DNA from: Desulfotalea psychrophila LSv54
GTDB taxonomy: Bacteria; Desulfobacterota; Desulfobulbia; Desulfobulbales; Desulfocapsaceae
DNA: 32,000 nt
Assembly: GCF_000025945.1 (NCBI RefSeq)
Contig: NC_006138.1
Location: 2,700,001 to 2,732,000, forward strand
Direction of reading: 5' to 3'
Part shown: one piece after another, positions 1 through 10,902 of the stretch
Layout: every line of letters begins with the position of its first letter
Numbering within the stretch: the stretch's first letter is position 1
Notes under the pieces: generated by a model
The model's input: only the letters and a program-made list of their open reading frames with translations
What the model was told of the DNA's origin: nothing
Databases searched by the model: none
Translations under genes and position numbers: made by a program

Positions 1-276
1 CTTGGCTATGGTAGTCGGGGCTTGAATGGTGAGTTGGTCTAAAAACAGCAGCACCTGGCAGTAGCGGATGGTCGAGCATCCTGGAGCTGGCTTGAATGAC
101 GACTGAAACAGAAAAGCTCCTTGACTTCTAAACGCCTGTTTTGTAACTGGTATTAGCTTGAGTTTACATAGGCGAATATTTGCGAGCAGGAGTACGATAA
201 CTTGGTCCTCTCTTGAATGTGATCGAACGATCATATTCAAGATCCCCTTTAGATATAGAATGAAAGGAGTTGCAAG

Positions 277-990
277 GTGATTACATTTGATAACTATTCG
301 GATTTGTATGATGCCTGGTTTCAACGCAATCAGGTGATTTTGGAATCCGAGCTGCGTCTGGTGGCTCATGTGTTGGGAAAAAATCCAGGTAGAACTCTGA
401 GTGTAGGCTGCGGTACAGGTCTGTTTGAGCAGCTGTTGCAGTCACAGTATGGCATTTCCATAAGCGAAGGCGTGGAGCCTTGCGAGCCCATGGGGGCCAT
501 TGCCCGTAAACGCGGAATGACAGTGGCCGAGGCCGGGGCAGAGCAGATGCCTTTGGAAGACGGCTTGTATGACACGGTGATGTTTAATGGTTCACCAGGC
601 TATATCGCCGATCTGGACGCAGCAGTGCTGGAGGCCCATCGTTTGCTCAAGATGGGGGGCCGGATTTTATTGATCGATGTGCCTGCAGAAAGTTCCTACG
701 GTCTTCTTTATCGTTTAGGTGGCGCCTATGGTGCCTGGGAAGATGAGCGACTACGGGGGGTATTGCCTGTCGAGCCCTATCCTGTTGAGTTGGCCGGTGG
801 CGCAAACTGGCGGCCCACTCAGGATAAAATCGATGCTGCCCTGAAGGCAGGGTTTACTGATTTATCCTATGCGCAGACCCTGACCAGGCATCCTTGTTTT
901 TCCGACACCACTCCAGAAGACCCCACAGCGGGCTATCAGTCCGGTGATTATGTGGCCGTGTCTGCGGTTAAGCCCCTGGCCGCTGGCTGA
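277..990 (+). CDS. Class I SAM-dependent methyltransferase (Methyltransf_11-like)
   Basis: 237 aa ORF with motif I LSVGCGTGLFEQLL, then GAEQMPLEDGLYDTVMFNGS and HRLLKMGGRILLIDVP. GTG start preceded by AAAGGAG. Confidence 0.88.
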   Translation: MITFDNYSDLYDAWFQRNQVILESELRLVAHVLGKNPGRTLSVGCGTGLFEQLLQSQYGISISEGVEPCEPMGAIARKRGMTVAEAGAEQMPLEDGLYDTVMFNGSPGYIADLDAAVLEAHRLLKMGGRILLIDVPAESSYGLLYRLGGAYGAWEDERLRGVLPVEPYPVELAGGANWRPTQDKIDAALKAGFTDLSYAQTLTRHPCFSDTTPEDPTAGYQSGDYVAVSAVKPLAAG

Positions 991-1008
991 AAACAGAGGT
1001 CTGTTGAA

Positions 1009-1665
1009 ATGAGTGATACTACCTTTTACGGTCGCTGCCTTAAGGCCTGTGGATCGAGCTGGGAGCTGGCTGCGGCTCATCCTTTTGTGGAAGGGCTGGC
1101 TCGCGGCCGCCTCAGTGCAGAGCAGATGCAGACCTATTTGATTCAGGATGGCCTCTATCTGCAGAACTATGTACGAGTCTGCCGCCTGTTGGCTAATCGG
1201 GCCGCCATCGCTTCTGATCGGCTCCTTTTTGAATATTCTGCCCGTCTGTCGGCAGAGGCAGAGCTGGGGTTGCAGGCAGAGCTTTTTCAGGCCCTGGGGC
1301 TGGAATGGAGAAATGCGCCACCAGAGCCTGCCACTGTGGCCTATATCTATCGGGAAAGCGAGGCGATGCTACACTCTTCTGAGCTGGTGGCCCTTGCTGC
1401 GGCTACCCCTTGTACCGTGCTGTATGCCGAGGTAGGGCGGCGGTTGGCAGAGCGGCCGGAAGCGGCAGCAGCCAACCATCCCTTTCGTCTCTGGCTGGAT
1501 CTCTATGCAGATGCCTCGGTGCAGGAGATGGCCCGGCAGTGGATACAGTGCTTGAACAGGTGGGCGGCAACTGCCAAACGGTCTGCAGAAGAACAGGCCT
1601 TAGAGGCATTTGCTGTCAGTATGCAGTGCGAGGTGGATTTTTGGGAGCAGGCCTGGGGGGCCTGA
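1009..1665 (+). CDS. TenA/thiaminase-II-like (haem-oxygenase fold) family protein
   Basis: ORF pattern [42 protein letters not shown] ... [22 protein letters not shown] ... DFWEQAW is typical of TenA. It starts 18 nt after the methyltransferase gene. Confidence 0.85.
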   Translation: MSDTTFYGRCLKACGSSWELAAAHPFVEGLARGRLSAEQMQTYLIQDGLYLQNYVRVCRLLANRAAIASDRLLFEYSARLSAEAELGLQAELFQALGLEWRNAPPEPATVAYIYRESEAMLHSSELVALAAATPCTVLYAEVGRRLAERPEAAAANHPFRLWLDLYADASVQEMARQWIQCLNRWAATAKRSAEEQALEAFAVSMQCEVDFWEQAWGA

Positions 1666-1779
1666 GTAGCTATCCCTCAGGGGCAAGAGCCCTAGGGTTT
1701 GCCGGTGGAAACCTATGGCGAGGACTGGAAGATGCGCATTGCTCATGCTAAAATTCTCACCATCAATCCCGACGTACTG

Positions 1780-2396
1780 CTCTAAACCTTGTCGAAGTAT
1801 CGCTTTCCAGAAACTTGATCGCAACCCTACCTGCTTGCCTCCTCGCGGAGGCTTAGTTTGTCGTAAGTCAACTGCCTGTAGCGATACATTGCCGTTTCAG
1901 CCAGTGACCCTCTGGTGGTATCCTGTGCTTTCCTGCCACTCTTTCAACACACCTTTTCGCAGTGCTCTTACAGCGTCATTTCTCGGGTGGCTTCCTCCCA
2001 CATTCCAGCATTCTTCCGTGGAGGACGACGACCGATCCTTTTCTCTTGGCAATGTCATAGCAAGCTTTCGTGTCCTGCTCCATCACCCAATATCTGCTTA
2101 ATATGAAGAGGATTTAATAACGGCCCTAAGAATTTGGAATCATGGCCCCACTCCATCGAAATTTTACCACTTAGGCGATCAGTTTCTGTATCGATAGCAG
2201 GATGGAGTTTGCGCCAAGTTCTACGTTTACCTGCACCATGCTTTCCTATACTCCATTCTCCTTTTTCGTGCTTACACCCAATCGAAGCGGACAAGGTAAT
2301 TGACATCTCATACTCTGTAATTGTTCTTTTTATCTCGACGATAATTTTGTCTTCTATCTCGTTGATATTTTTAAGCATAAAACACCTCCTCACCAT
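1780..2396 (-). pseudogene. IS5-family transposase remnant (degenerate, multiple frameshifts/stops)
   Basis: The minus-strand ORF 2055..2396 contains GEWSIGKHGAGKRRTWRKLHPAIDTET. Downstream, in shifted frames, the reverse complement reads approximately VRALRKGVLKEWQESTGYHQRV, typical of IS5-family DDE transposases. Confidence 0.8.
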
Positions 2397-2809
2397 TAAG
2401 AGAGATGGGTAAACGCAATTTGATATCTGCTCGATCTTGCCTGTCTTGTGGGCAGAGAAGGTAGATGCTTTTCATGAGAAAAGTGATATGAAGATTGATC
2501 AATCTTGAAAAGCCAACTCGTTTCCATCTCTACCTAAGAGTAAATACTTACTTTTATATTATAGAAATGGCCTATGCAAATTTTAATGGTTGTTAACTCT
2601 GTCTTTGCTAAAACTCAGTTAAGTGAAAAGGGGAGGGGTATACAAGATTGTTTTCAGTGACTTGACGTGTTCGGCAAAACCGAACACTTTGTCATGTTTT
2701 TCGTAATTTCTTTTTACTGAGGTAGGGGGTATATAAAAATCGTAGCAAAGAAAAATACCACGATTTCGCTAGCCGTATTTGGCATATCATCTCTATGAAG
2801 GGTAATATA

Positions 2810-2923
2810 ATGAAAAATATATTCGCTAAAAAAATGAATGCTGTAGTTCAAGTAGCTGTTGGTCTTGCCCTTTTGAGTGTTGTTACCCTTGGGCCAGTTG
2901 AGGTAGCGCTACTTCTGGCCTAG
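2810..2923 (+). CDS. Small hydrophobic peptide ORF (37 aa), function unknown
   Basis: ATG at 2810 preceded by GAAGGGTAA. Translation is MKNIFAKKMNAVVQVAVGLALLSVVTLGPVEVALLLA*. The ORF is shorter than the ORF-track cutoff. It has a basic N-terminus followed by a hydrophobic segment. Confidence 0.4.
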   Translation: MKNIFAKKMNAVVQVAVGLALLSVVTLGPVEVALLLA

Positions 2924-3049
2924 GTCAGTTATAGAACAAGCAGGCTTTTAAACACTTTGTTCCACCTAGACGGTGTAAAATTTAAATCTTCGGATAAAGT
3001 CTTTTTAACTTTATCGGTGCAAAATTACCAATCAACTTTTGTTTGCTGA

Positions 3050-3765
3050 CTATTTCGATCAATATGCTATACAGTGCCACACTATCTCTCATTTTTTCAA
3101 TACAGGCAATGCAACCTACGAGACATTGTCACGTTAAAATGCTGAGCTCAATCTCTGCAATGTTTAACCAACTCCCGTGTTTTGGAGTGTGGTGGATTTC
3201 AAGCCAATCTGCCAATTTTTTGGTTAAATCAAGTGGAAAAGCTGTATATAATGAAGCATGGGCGTTCAGATTATCCATAACTACTTTTTTAGCGTCTGGA
3301 TGGTTCTTCAAGCATTTCATGTATAAAATAAGCCCAGTTCGCACGAGTACGGCGCTCAGTATTTTTAACATGTCACATTTCCTGCAAAAGGTCATCGTCA
3401 AGCAACTCAGCGTGCCCCTGAAACTGCAGGAAGAAGCTTCTTCACCTCACGGCTCGGCTGAACACTTGACTCATTCATATAAAATAGCGGGAAATCAGCA
3501 TGGTTTGAACAAGTATAAAGGTCTAAAACATCTTCCAGCGCTACCACAAAAACGGCATTCTTGTCAGGAGGAATTTTCCAGTATTTACTCAAATACGGCT
3601 TACGCCTTTAACACCTTACAAACTGTCATTACCGAGACACTTTCTATCATTTTAAGCTCAACCATTTTCCCGCCAATAGCTGCACAGTCCAACGCCCCCT
3701 ACCCTCTGGGACTTCCGAACATGCAAATGCCAAAAGATGAGTTTCAAATTCTCCGCCAAATTTAA
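3050..3765 (-). pseudogene. IS630-family transposase remnant (frameshifted)
   Basis: Minus-strand pieces 3407..3592 (FVVALEDVLDLY...FYMNESSVQ) and 3129..3401 (VVMDNLNAHASLYTAFPLDLTKKLADWLEIHHTPKHGSWLNIAEIELSIL) match the DDE_3/IS630 catalytic-domain pattern but lie in broken frames. Confidence 0.88.
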
Positions 3766-4812
3766 TTTCCTTAGGTGGGGTTAGTCGTTTCTTACACTCA
3801 TTAGTAACCGAAATTCCCTATTCAACAAACCGTTTTTTCAGATATTCCAGACTACGAGTTATTGTCCCAAGTGCCTATCCAACATTTAGCACTCAAGCAA
3901 CAGTAGTACTCTTACATACAAGAGAGTTCGGGCAACTCTTCTCTCCCACATCGAAATAAATTCCAGATCTTTACGTTCTTTCCTGGTCAGCCTTACTCGA
4001 CAAGGTAGTGCCACGTAAACATTACCTTTATTCTTAAAGCTCCTCCCTCTTTTCTAAGAAACATCATTCTAAATATAACAATAATTGCATAGAGTCTTAG
4101 CCCCAAAATAGTATTTGCAGGAGGAAATTATACGCTAAGACACCTTGGTCGCTACAGGCCGTTACAAGACATTACAAAAGGTTAAGCATAGACACCAATA
4201 ATGCAAAAGCAACTCAGCAAACAATAGAAAAAAGAAATACTCCATAAATAACCAATGCAAGGGCAAAAAAAACCAGTGAAAAACAGCCTAGCCCTTTAAG
4301 CCAGCCTCAACATGTTGCCGGCAAAAAAGATGAACAAGTCACATTCGCATTATGGCTTTGGCCAAAAAAGCGCAGAAAGAAAAACAACCAAAAAAAAACA
4401 CTACTCATACTCCGCTAGCCTTCCCTTCAAAAATAAGCTCGATAAGCTTAATTAACTGAAAATACCAATCATCCCGTACAGCGCCAAGCGCCAGAAAATA
4501 AAGCTGACCCTTGCCCAGCATGAAGTCAAATAAGGCTAGGAATAGCTTGGTAATTTGCAGTTTTCAAATTGAAATGATTACAGCTGACAACGATTTAAAG
4601 TCAACTTTGACTCGTACAGCTCAGGTCAGCAGAAACAAAAAAACTGATAATCACCCAAAAACAGCTCGTTAGAAATTTAAGTCGTTTTTGGCATAAATTT
4701 CGCTTCGTATATTCCACCACATAGGGTTTTGACTAAAATAGTTGGGTGCTGAGGAAATATGTAATCTGAGTAGCTAACTAGCAAAATATAAAGGGAATAA
4801 AAGGGAAAATTT

Positions 4813-6327
4813 ATGGCTAAGAAAGAAAGAGTAGTTCTGGAAAAATCAATTAAACCTGCTGGTGTTTTAGCGCTGGCTATTGGCTCGATTATCGGCTGGG
4901 GTTGTTTTATTTTACCTGGCAGCATGATGGATAAAGCTGGCCCAGTAGGAGCCATCATAGGACTTATACTTGGAGCAGTAATCATGCTCGTTATAGCAAA
5001 AAGCTATGGCTATATGATTCAAAAAGTTCCTGTTTCTGGTGGAGAATTTGCTTACGCCTATAACGGTTTTGGTCGCAACCACGCCTATGTTTGTGGCTGG
5101 TTTCTTACTCTGGGCTATCTCAGTATTGTTCCCCTCAATGCAACGGCACTATCTCTTCTGGCAAAGTTTACAGCACCAGAACTCCTTACCTGGGGTTATC
5201 TCTATACGATTGCAGGCTCAAAAATTTACTTTGGAGAGGTTGCTCTTGCTTCATCTGCAATGCTCATTTTTGGTTTCCTAAATTATCGTGGCTCTAAAGG
5301 TGTTGCTGGCGTTCAGGTTTACATGGTTGCTCTCTTGGTTGCCGCTGCAATTCTTATTGCAGGCGGTGCAATATCATCTGAATCAGCATCGTTTAGCAAC
5401 CTTGTTCCATATTTCAACCCTGATGTGCCAACCATTGCTGGCATTGTAAGTATTGTTGCCATTGCCCCGTGGTTGTTTGTTGGTTTTGACACTATTCCTC
5501 AGGCGGCAGAAGAATACGACTTCCCACCTGCAAAAGCGAACAAACTCATCATACTCTCTATTCTTGTTGGTGTCGGAATATACCTGTTAGTTCTGGTAGC
5601 AACAGGTGTCGTTTTTCCTTGGCAAGAGTTATCTGCGGGCAACCATGTATGGCCTACAGGATTTGCGATGGAAGCTGCGGTAGGTAAGGCAGGTCTTTGG
5701 TTTCTCGTAATTGCAATTTCAATGGGAATTTGTACTGGTATTAACGGCTTTTACATGGCTACGAGCCGTCTGCTCTTTTCCATGGGACGCGCACAGGTGT
5801 TACCTGAATGGTTTACTGGCGTGGATAAGAAGAGTGGTGTACCTAAAAACGCTGTAATTTTCACAGCAGCAGTTGCTCTTATCGCACCATGGTTTGGTCG
5901 TAACGTTATTGTCTGGGTTGTTGAAATGGCTGCCCTCGGTACAGCTTTTGGCTACATGTACACCTGTTTTGGAGCATATAGAGAGGCCAAGAAAGCTGAT
6001 GGCAGAAATGTTGAAATCCCAATAAAAAGTGGAACTGCTCTTGCTGGTGGCCTTCTCTCTTTTGGCATCCTTCTTCTTCTCTGTGTTCCAGGTAGCCCAG
6101 GTTTTATGGCCCATGAATCTTGGTATGCTCTCGGAGTGTGGGTTGCTCTAGGCGCTGTATTCTACGCTATGCAGGCTAAGCGCTATAACGCCCTAAGCCA
6201 TGCAGAACTTGACTACTTAATTCTTGACAAAAAAGACTCTTCCGACAAATCTGTGGGTGAATGTGACGAAAATATCATGGTTCAGCCTATAATTAATACT
6301 GGATCTACAATAAGTGCAATAGACTAA
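4813..6327 (+). CDS. APC-family amino acid permease
   Basis: 504 aa polytopic ORF starting ALAIGSIIGWGCFILPGSMMDKAGPVGAIIGLILG, followed by ~12 hydrophobic segments. This is characteristic of the APC superfamily. Confidence 0.9.
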   Translation: MAKKERVVLEKSIKPAGVLALAIGSIIGWGCFILPGSMMDKAGPVGAIIGLILGAVIMLVIAKSYGYMIQKVPVSGGEFAYAYNGFGRNHAYVCGWFLTLGYLSIVPLNATALSLLAKFTAPELLTWGYLYTIAGSKIYFGEVALASSAMLIFGFLNYRGSKGVAGVQVYMVALLVAAAILIAGGAISSESASFSNLVPYFNPDVPTIAGIVSIVAIAPWLFVGFDTIPQAAEEYDFPPAKANKLIILSILVGVGIYLLVLVATGVVFPWQELSAGNHVWPTGFAMEAAVGKAGLWFLVIAISMGICTGINGFYMATSRLLFSMGRAQVLPEWFTGVDKKSGVPKNAVIFTAAVALIAPWFGRNVIVWVVEMAALGTAFGYMYTCFGAYREAKKADGRNVEIPIKSGTALAGGLLSFGILLLLCVPGSPGFMAHESWYALGVWVALGAVFYAMQAKRYNALSHAELDYLILDKKDSSDKSVGECDENIMVQPIINTGSTISAID

Positions 6328-6744
6328 AGTCTGAAAAGTTGGTGAGTTGGAGCTGTTTTCCGCCAACTCACCCAAGCCTCATGGCACTTATCTGGTTTGC
6401 GTAAAGCAGGTTTGCCAATCCACGAAATGGAAGGGAGCTCACTCCGCTGGAAGTCTTTACTGGTCAGACTCTTACACTTATTGCTTAACCTGACATCAAT
6501 CTGAGTAAGTCCCTATTAAAATTGACTTCTTGTCGCACCCGGAACATGTTACGGATTGAGCATGTCGCTCAAAGTGTAACTTAAGTCAGTCTCTAGTACA
6601 CAGTAATTTTTAAGCATTCACTTCCACCCCAGTTCCTGCCATAATCTACTTTCTCGCATGAATCATGGAGCCTTTTATTCTTTCAACAGGAGGCTTTGGA
6701 TGACAGGGAAGAGATGGCCCATCCTCCCTCATATCATGGAATCG

Positions 6745-6925
6745 GCTTTGGGTGCCCCCCCTCCCTTTGACACGGAGCTGCACACCGGAGAGGCCCCACG
6801 ACGATAGCGCTTGAACTGTTTGAGCGTAGTGGAGTTCTCAAATTCTCGTGAGGTTTGCGGCGCACAGAGGGCCGTAGTGGCGGAGCTTTTTTTTCATCAT
6901 TTTCTTTTGAGAGGATCAGGTTGTT
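6745..6925. repeat. Copy A of a dispersed intergenic repeat
   Basis: Contains TTGAACTGTTTGAGC ... GCACAGAGG ... TTTTCTTTTGAG. These blocks recur in the same order at 12775-12880. Confidence 0.45.
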
Positions 6926-7517
6926 TCTTTCCACTTGTATGAAAAATTACTATGGCGAAAATTGCACCAAAGGTGTCTGCAACAATATCTTTTTGGGCAT
7001 CCCATATATCTCCTTGGGACCCCAGAACCTCAATCCCAGCCTCTGGGTCTCCCAAAATTGCAAACTGCCACTCCATAACTTCATAGATTCCGGCAAGAGA
7101 CATGATGGCAAATAATGCAAACAGGTAGGTAACAACTTTTGAATTTGTCAGTTTTTTAGACGTCAATAATTCTGCTATGGGAAATGCGTAAAAACCTACG
7201 GTAAAATGGGCAATTCTATCGTAATGATTTCTCTCAAAGCCGAAAAAATCAGTGAACCAGTCAAAAGGGACTGCCGCAAAGGTATAATACCCGCCAATGG
7301 TGTGCATAAAGATCAAAAAAGAGATCAAAAAATAACTCAGGTTTGAAAATCTAAAATACCTGTATGTACCTACAAAAAGTATCACTATAAGTACAATTGG
7401 TAGATTTTCAGCAAACCATACCTCTCTTCCACTGAGAGGATTAATTCCTAAAATGATAAACAGTATTAAATAAGCAATAATGAGGAGATGGGGAAATTTG
7501 TTGCGCAAGAATAGCAT
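6897..7517 (-). CDS. DUF2238 / YjdF-like inner membrane protein
   Basis: Motifs NLPIVLIVILFVGTYRYFRFSNLSYFLI, HTIGGYYTFAAVPFDWFTDFFGFERNHYDRIAHF and YEVMEWQ...GSQGDIWDAQKDIVADTFGA are typical of YjdF/DUF2238 membrane proteins. Confidence 0.88.
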   Translation of the reverse strand: MLFLRNKFPHLLIIAYLILFIILGINPLSGREVWFAENLPIVLIVILFVGTYRYFRFSNLSYFLISFLIFMHTIGGYYTFAAVPFDWFTDFFGFERNHYDRIAHFTVGFYAFPIAELLTSKKLTNSKVVTYLFALFAIMSLAGIYEVMEWQFAILGDPEAGIEVLGSQGDIWDAQKDIVADTFGAIFAIVIFHTSGKKQPDPLKRK

Positions 7518-7604
7518 AATATGATGCCCTGTTTTAAATAATTAATATGATGAAAAAACATAATCTCTACCCCTTCTCAACCCACTCCACCCAAGAATAG
7601 ACCT

Positions 7605-8498
7605 TTACGACCTTATAACTTCACCCACAACAATTGTTCGTCCAGCAGTGAATTTGATCTTCTTGTTTATCACTATAGTGCTAGGTAGTTTTTCAACAAT
7701 CTGATCTGGGAAAATAACACAGAAAGTTTTGATAAAAGGAATCCATTTGGTAAATATTGCCAGCGACAGATCTTGAGCGGAGGTGCACCAGGATCTGTCA
7801 GCCGGGAAGTCGGACACTAAACAACAATCATGGAGCCAAGGAGTAAAGGCATCTTTATTGTGAATATCTAAATCAACTCCCAAAACATCCCTATTTGTCT
7901 TCGCCATCCTGAGCATATTGACATTGTTATCAGAAGCATAGCTTTCCCTATCTAAAAGTTTAGCCGCCAGGGGAAGCAGACCTGTACCACAACAGGGATC
8001 AATAACAGGAGAACTCCCTGAAATATTTATAAGAGCAAGAGCAGCATGAGGTTTAAGGGAAACACAAGTTCTCTCTGTGATCTGCCCGAACTTCTCGACG
8101 ATGCTATCTGTTTTCTCACGAACAAAGCCGGCAATCCAGAGCACATTATCTGGTGAGAAAACTAAAATAATTGATTTAGGATGAGAAGCTCTTATCTCCC
8201 CTCCGTGAATTTTTTCTGCCAGGAATGCATAGCTGGTGGAACCACATCTTTTGTTCTTATGAATTTTTTCAAGTCTGTAGGGAGATGGGATATTTTCGCT
8301 AAAGTTTGTGATGACTTCTTCTGGAGATGATCCTCGAGATACCTCTCTAATAGAAAACCTGGCATAGGCACTTTTCTCTAAGTCAAAACTCTCCCCATAA
8401 AAAAATCTATTTGAGGCTTGGGTCAAACCAGCAGAGATCATCTCGGCTAAGGCTAAATCTTCAAATCCTTCGGTTGTATTTCTATAAATCCAGATCAT
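7605..8498 (-). CDS. TRM11/TrmG10-like RNA/DNA methylase
   Basis: The C-terminal part has SLKPHAALALINISGSSPVIDPCCGTGLLPLAA...YASDNNVNMLRMAKTNRD, i.e. a DPCCGTG SAM motif within a UPF0020/TRM11-like context. Confidence 0.72.
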   Translation of the reverse strand: MIWIYRNTTEGFEDLALAEMISAGLTQASNRFFYGESFDLEKSAYARFSIREVSRGSSPEEVITNFSENIPSPYRLEKIHKNKRCGSTSYAFLAEKIHGGEIRASHPKSIILVFSPDNVLWIAGFVREKTDSIVEKFGQITERTCVSLKPHAALALINISGSSPVIDPCCGTGLLPLAAKLLDRESYASDNNVNMLRMAKTNRDVLGVDLDIHNKDAFTPWLHDCCLVSDFPADRSWCTSAQDLSLAIFTKWIPFIKTFCVIFPDQIVEKLPSTIVINKKIKFTAGRTIVVGEVIRS

Positions 8499-8588
8499 TA
8501 GAGGTCTTTTAAATTAAGGTTTGAAAGATGTTATGCAGCACCGTCACATTCTATTAGCACTCAATGTACTGTGTTCAAGCAAAGCAGT

Positions 8589-8831
8589 TTATAATCTCAT
8601 CAGTATTCTTTTTGTGCTGTCATACAGTATGGCAACACTCACTGACGAGGAAATCGAGGATAAGGTTAAATTGGACATCTCTTGAAGGTTATACTTTTCG
8701 GGCAGCACACTATCTTCGGTGATTCTGCCCCTCGGAATAGCTCTAGCGTGAGGAATTCTATTTTTGATAGTAACATCTAATCCTGCAATGTCAGCCCCAC
8801 TTTGACCACCTGATATGATTTTCTTTATCAT
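8589..8831 (-). pseudogene. Truncated putative molybdenum-carrier / SLOG (Rossmann-like) protein
   Basis: The N-terminus KKIISGGQSGADIAGLDVTIKNRIPHARAIPRGRITEDSVLPEKYNLQEM matches the start of the family, but homology appears to stop after ~50 aa. Confidence 0.65.
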
Positions 8832-8901
8832 TAAGTACTCTCTCTAAGACGTTGCAGTCGGAAGTTTTTTTTCGAATCTGACCAGTCTGCGCCATGAGAT
8901 T

Positions 8902-10902
8902 TTATTTTCCTCCACCACGCAATATTTCTAACATTTTTTTTTGATGCTCTTTTATGTCAGTAAAAATCCATTCCTGCCCCGCTACACGAGTGTTTTGATT
9001 GTCTTGGCATTTCTGCATCATAATCATAAACTTGATTGACGCCACACTGACCTGCTTAATCTTTCCGGAAGTATCTAAGTAATGATCAAGCTTTGTTTTC
9101 GGACTCCAATTTGAACCTGAACTATTCGCCTCGCTACCAATCATAGCGTAGTTACCCAGGCAGTTTATTTGCTCTTTATCCAGCGCACCATTTTCTCCAT
9201 TAGCATTGGCTTGCGGGTAGTAATGCTCTAAACTCCTGCGCGTTCTCGAAAAATAAAACTGTTGGAATACTTTCAGTCCAAAATCACTACATCCAAGTGA
9301 GGTAAAAAAATCAGTTCGGTTTGGATCGTCTTCTTTTATACTTTCGCCGCGAAGCTCATTAGCATATTTCTCCCACAACTTATAGTCAAGATAGTTGAAA
9401 ACGAACAACGGAATACCCTTTGATTTTTCCGTGCCATCTCCATAGATTGCAGTAAAATCAAAATTGTCATTGAGTGGCTTAAAATTGAGTACATTGTTAC
9501 AGAGGACGGTGTTATCGAAGCTACCAGGATTCGGCGTATTAATTTGGTTAAGGTTCTCAGCCATCAAATACACGTCTTTGAAGTATTTGTCCGCCAACTC
9601 CGACACGCAATCATAATACTTGCTAATATCCCTGTCGTCAGAACTGAACAGATACAGCAAGCAATAGAAGAGATAATTTTTCCTTTGTCTTGCCGTAAAT
9701 GACACCTCGAACATCGAAAGCAACTGCACCAATTTATGTTGATGATCGCTTTCGCCGTCACGATTTTTCAGATAACCTTTTTTGCCGTCTTGTTGCCAAT
9801 ACTGCAGCTTCCAAGGGTTGTTCTCAATAGTGTCATCTTCATTTGAATGATGCACGAGATAATTGTCTAGCAGATATTTTGCCCTCAGCAAGTTGAAGCC
9901 GAACTTCTTTACAAATTCCTCCTCAACATGCACGTCATCAAATTCATGGATCAATTCTTTATCGTCGAGGATAAAATTCTTAGGTTTTAAACCGCTCTCT
10001 TCAATACGGGTGAGTTTTAACACAATTAGCAAGAAGTTTGAAAAGTCCATAATCGGCTGAAAGGTATCGATTTTGTACTTTTCTTCCTGCTGTTTATTTC
10101 CGCCCTTGTAATTGATAAAGTCTCTGATTTTCATTGTATTTTCGTTTTCATCCACATTCGGTAAAGCATCAAAACTTGAAACCTTAAAATCACAGAGATG
10201 CTTCCCAAAAATTGAGACTTCAGGATATTTTTGTTGTATGTAGACATTCATCTCGCTGCAAGATTCCCAAAGGCGATTAAACTTTGCCTTGTCCGCGTTA
10301 TTTAGTTTTTCAATAAGGCGTGCTTTAATAATTTCGTGCTTTTCCAGTTGCTCGCCTCTGGAATTCATGACTTCAAAGTAGTGATTTAAGTCTATATCTT
10401 TCGGCACTTGGTAGTGAATCAGGTGAACACTGTCCAGAAAATAGGTTTTGAATCCATCTTGGCATTCTTTCAGAACTATTTCATTAATGGTGTCCTTAGC
10501 ATATTTAAAGCCGTTTACGATTCCATAATCTTTTTCGTCAATCTCAAAACAAGGAATGCTTTGAATGGTGTCGTTCGATTTTTTGCGCGCCCGATACGTC
10601 AGTTTGTTTTGGAGGTAAACTCCCAATGCACCAAGTACGAGATTAATTGTGGTTAGCCTCTGTTGGCCGTCAATCACTTCATAGACTTGGTCTCCTTTGT
10701 GGAAGGACACCAATGTCCCAATAAAATAAGTCTGCTTTGGGGCGGTGGTGTATGCATCGTAGACATCCTGAATCAGCGCGGAAATCTCATCTTTTTCCCA
10801 GGCATAGTTTCTCTGGTAAATCGGCACTTCATAAGTAGCTTTATCGCCATTATAGATTTCGGCGATGGACAGTTCTTTGAGCGGCAGAGTTTTAGTTTTC
10901 AT
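8902..10902 (-). CDS. DUF262 + DUF1524-like protein (GmrSD-type candidate nuclease)
   Basis: N-terminus: YEVPIYQRNYAWEKDEI, VYEVIDGQQRLTTINLV, FEVMNSRGEQLEKHEIIKARL. C-terminus: RRSLEHYYPQANA...CLGNYAMIGSEANSSGSNWSPKTKLDHY, resembling the H..P(Q)...LGN...N...K pattern of DUF1524. The ORF track gives a GTG start at 10908; the ATG at 10902 has a GGAAGG upstream. Confidence 0.82.
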   Translation of the reverse strand: MKTKTLPLKELSIAEIYNGDKATYEVPIYQRNYAWEKDEISALIQDVYDAYTTAPKQTYFIGTLVSFHKGDQVYEVIDGQQRLTTINLVLGALGVYLQNKLTYRARKKSNDTIQSIPCFEIDEKDYGIVNGFKYAKDTINEIVLKECQDGFKTYFLDSVHLIHYQVPKDIDLNHYFEVMNSRGEQLEKHEIIKARLIEKLNNADKAKFNRLWESCSEMNVYIQQKYPEVSIFGKHLCDFKVSSFDALPNVDENENTMKIRDFINYKGGNKQQEEKYKIDTFQPIMDFSNFLLIVLKLTRIEESGLKPKNFILDDKELIHEFDDVHVEEEFVKKFGFNLLRAKYLLDNYLVHHSNEDDTIENNPWKLQYWQQDGKKGYLKNRDGESDHQHKLVQLLSMFEVSFTARQRKNYLFYCLLYLFSSDDRDISKYYDCVSELADKYFKDVYLMAENLNQINTPNPGSFDNTVLCNNVLNFKPLNDNFDFTAIYGDGTEKSKGIPLFVFNYLDYKLWEKYANELRGESIKEDDPNRTDFFTSLGCSDFGLKVFQQFYFSRTRRSLEHYYPQANANGENGALDKEQINCLGNYAMIGSEANSSGSNWSPKTKLDHYLDTSGKIKQVSVASIKFMIMMQKCQDNQNTRVAGQEWIFTDIKEHQKKMLEILRGGGK

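Noticed and set aside
1715-2412. Plus-strand ORFs 1715..2101, 1915..2106 and 2134..2412
   Set aside because: They overlap the minus-strand IS5-family remnant. Only the minus strand yields transposase-like sequence.
3043-3765. 240 aa plus-strand ORF
   Set aside because: It is the antisense of the decayed IS630-like transposase, which gives recognisable DDE_3 motifs on the minus strand.
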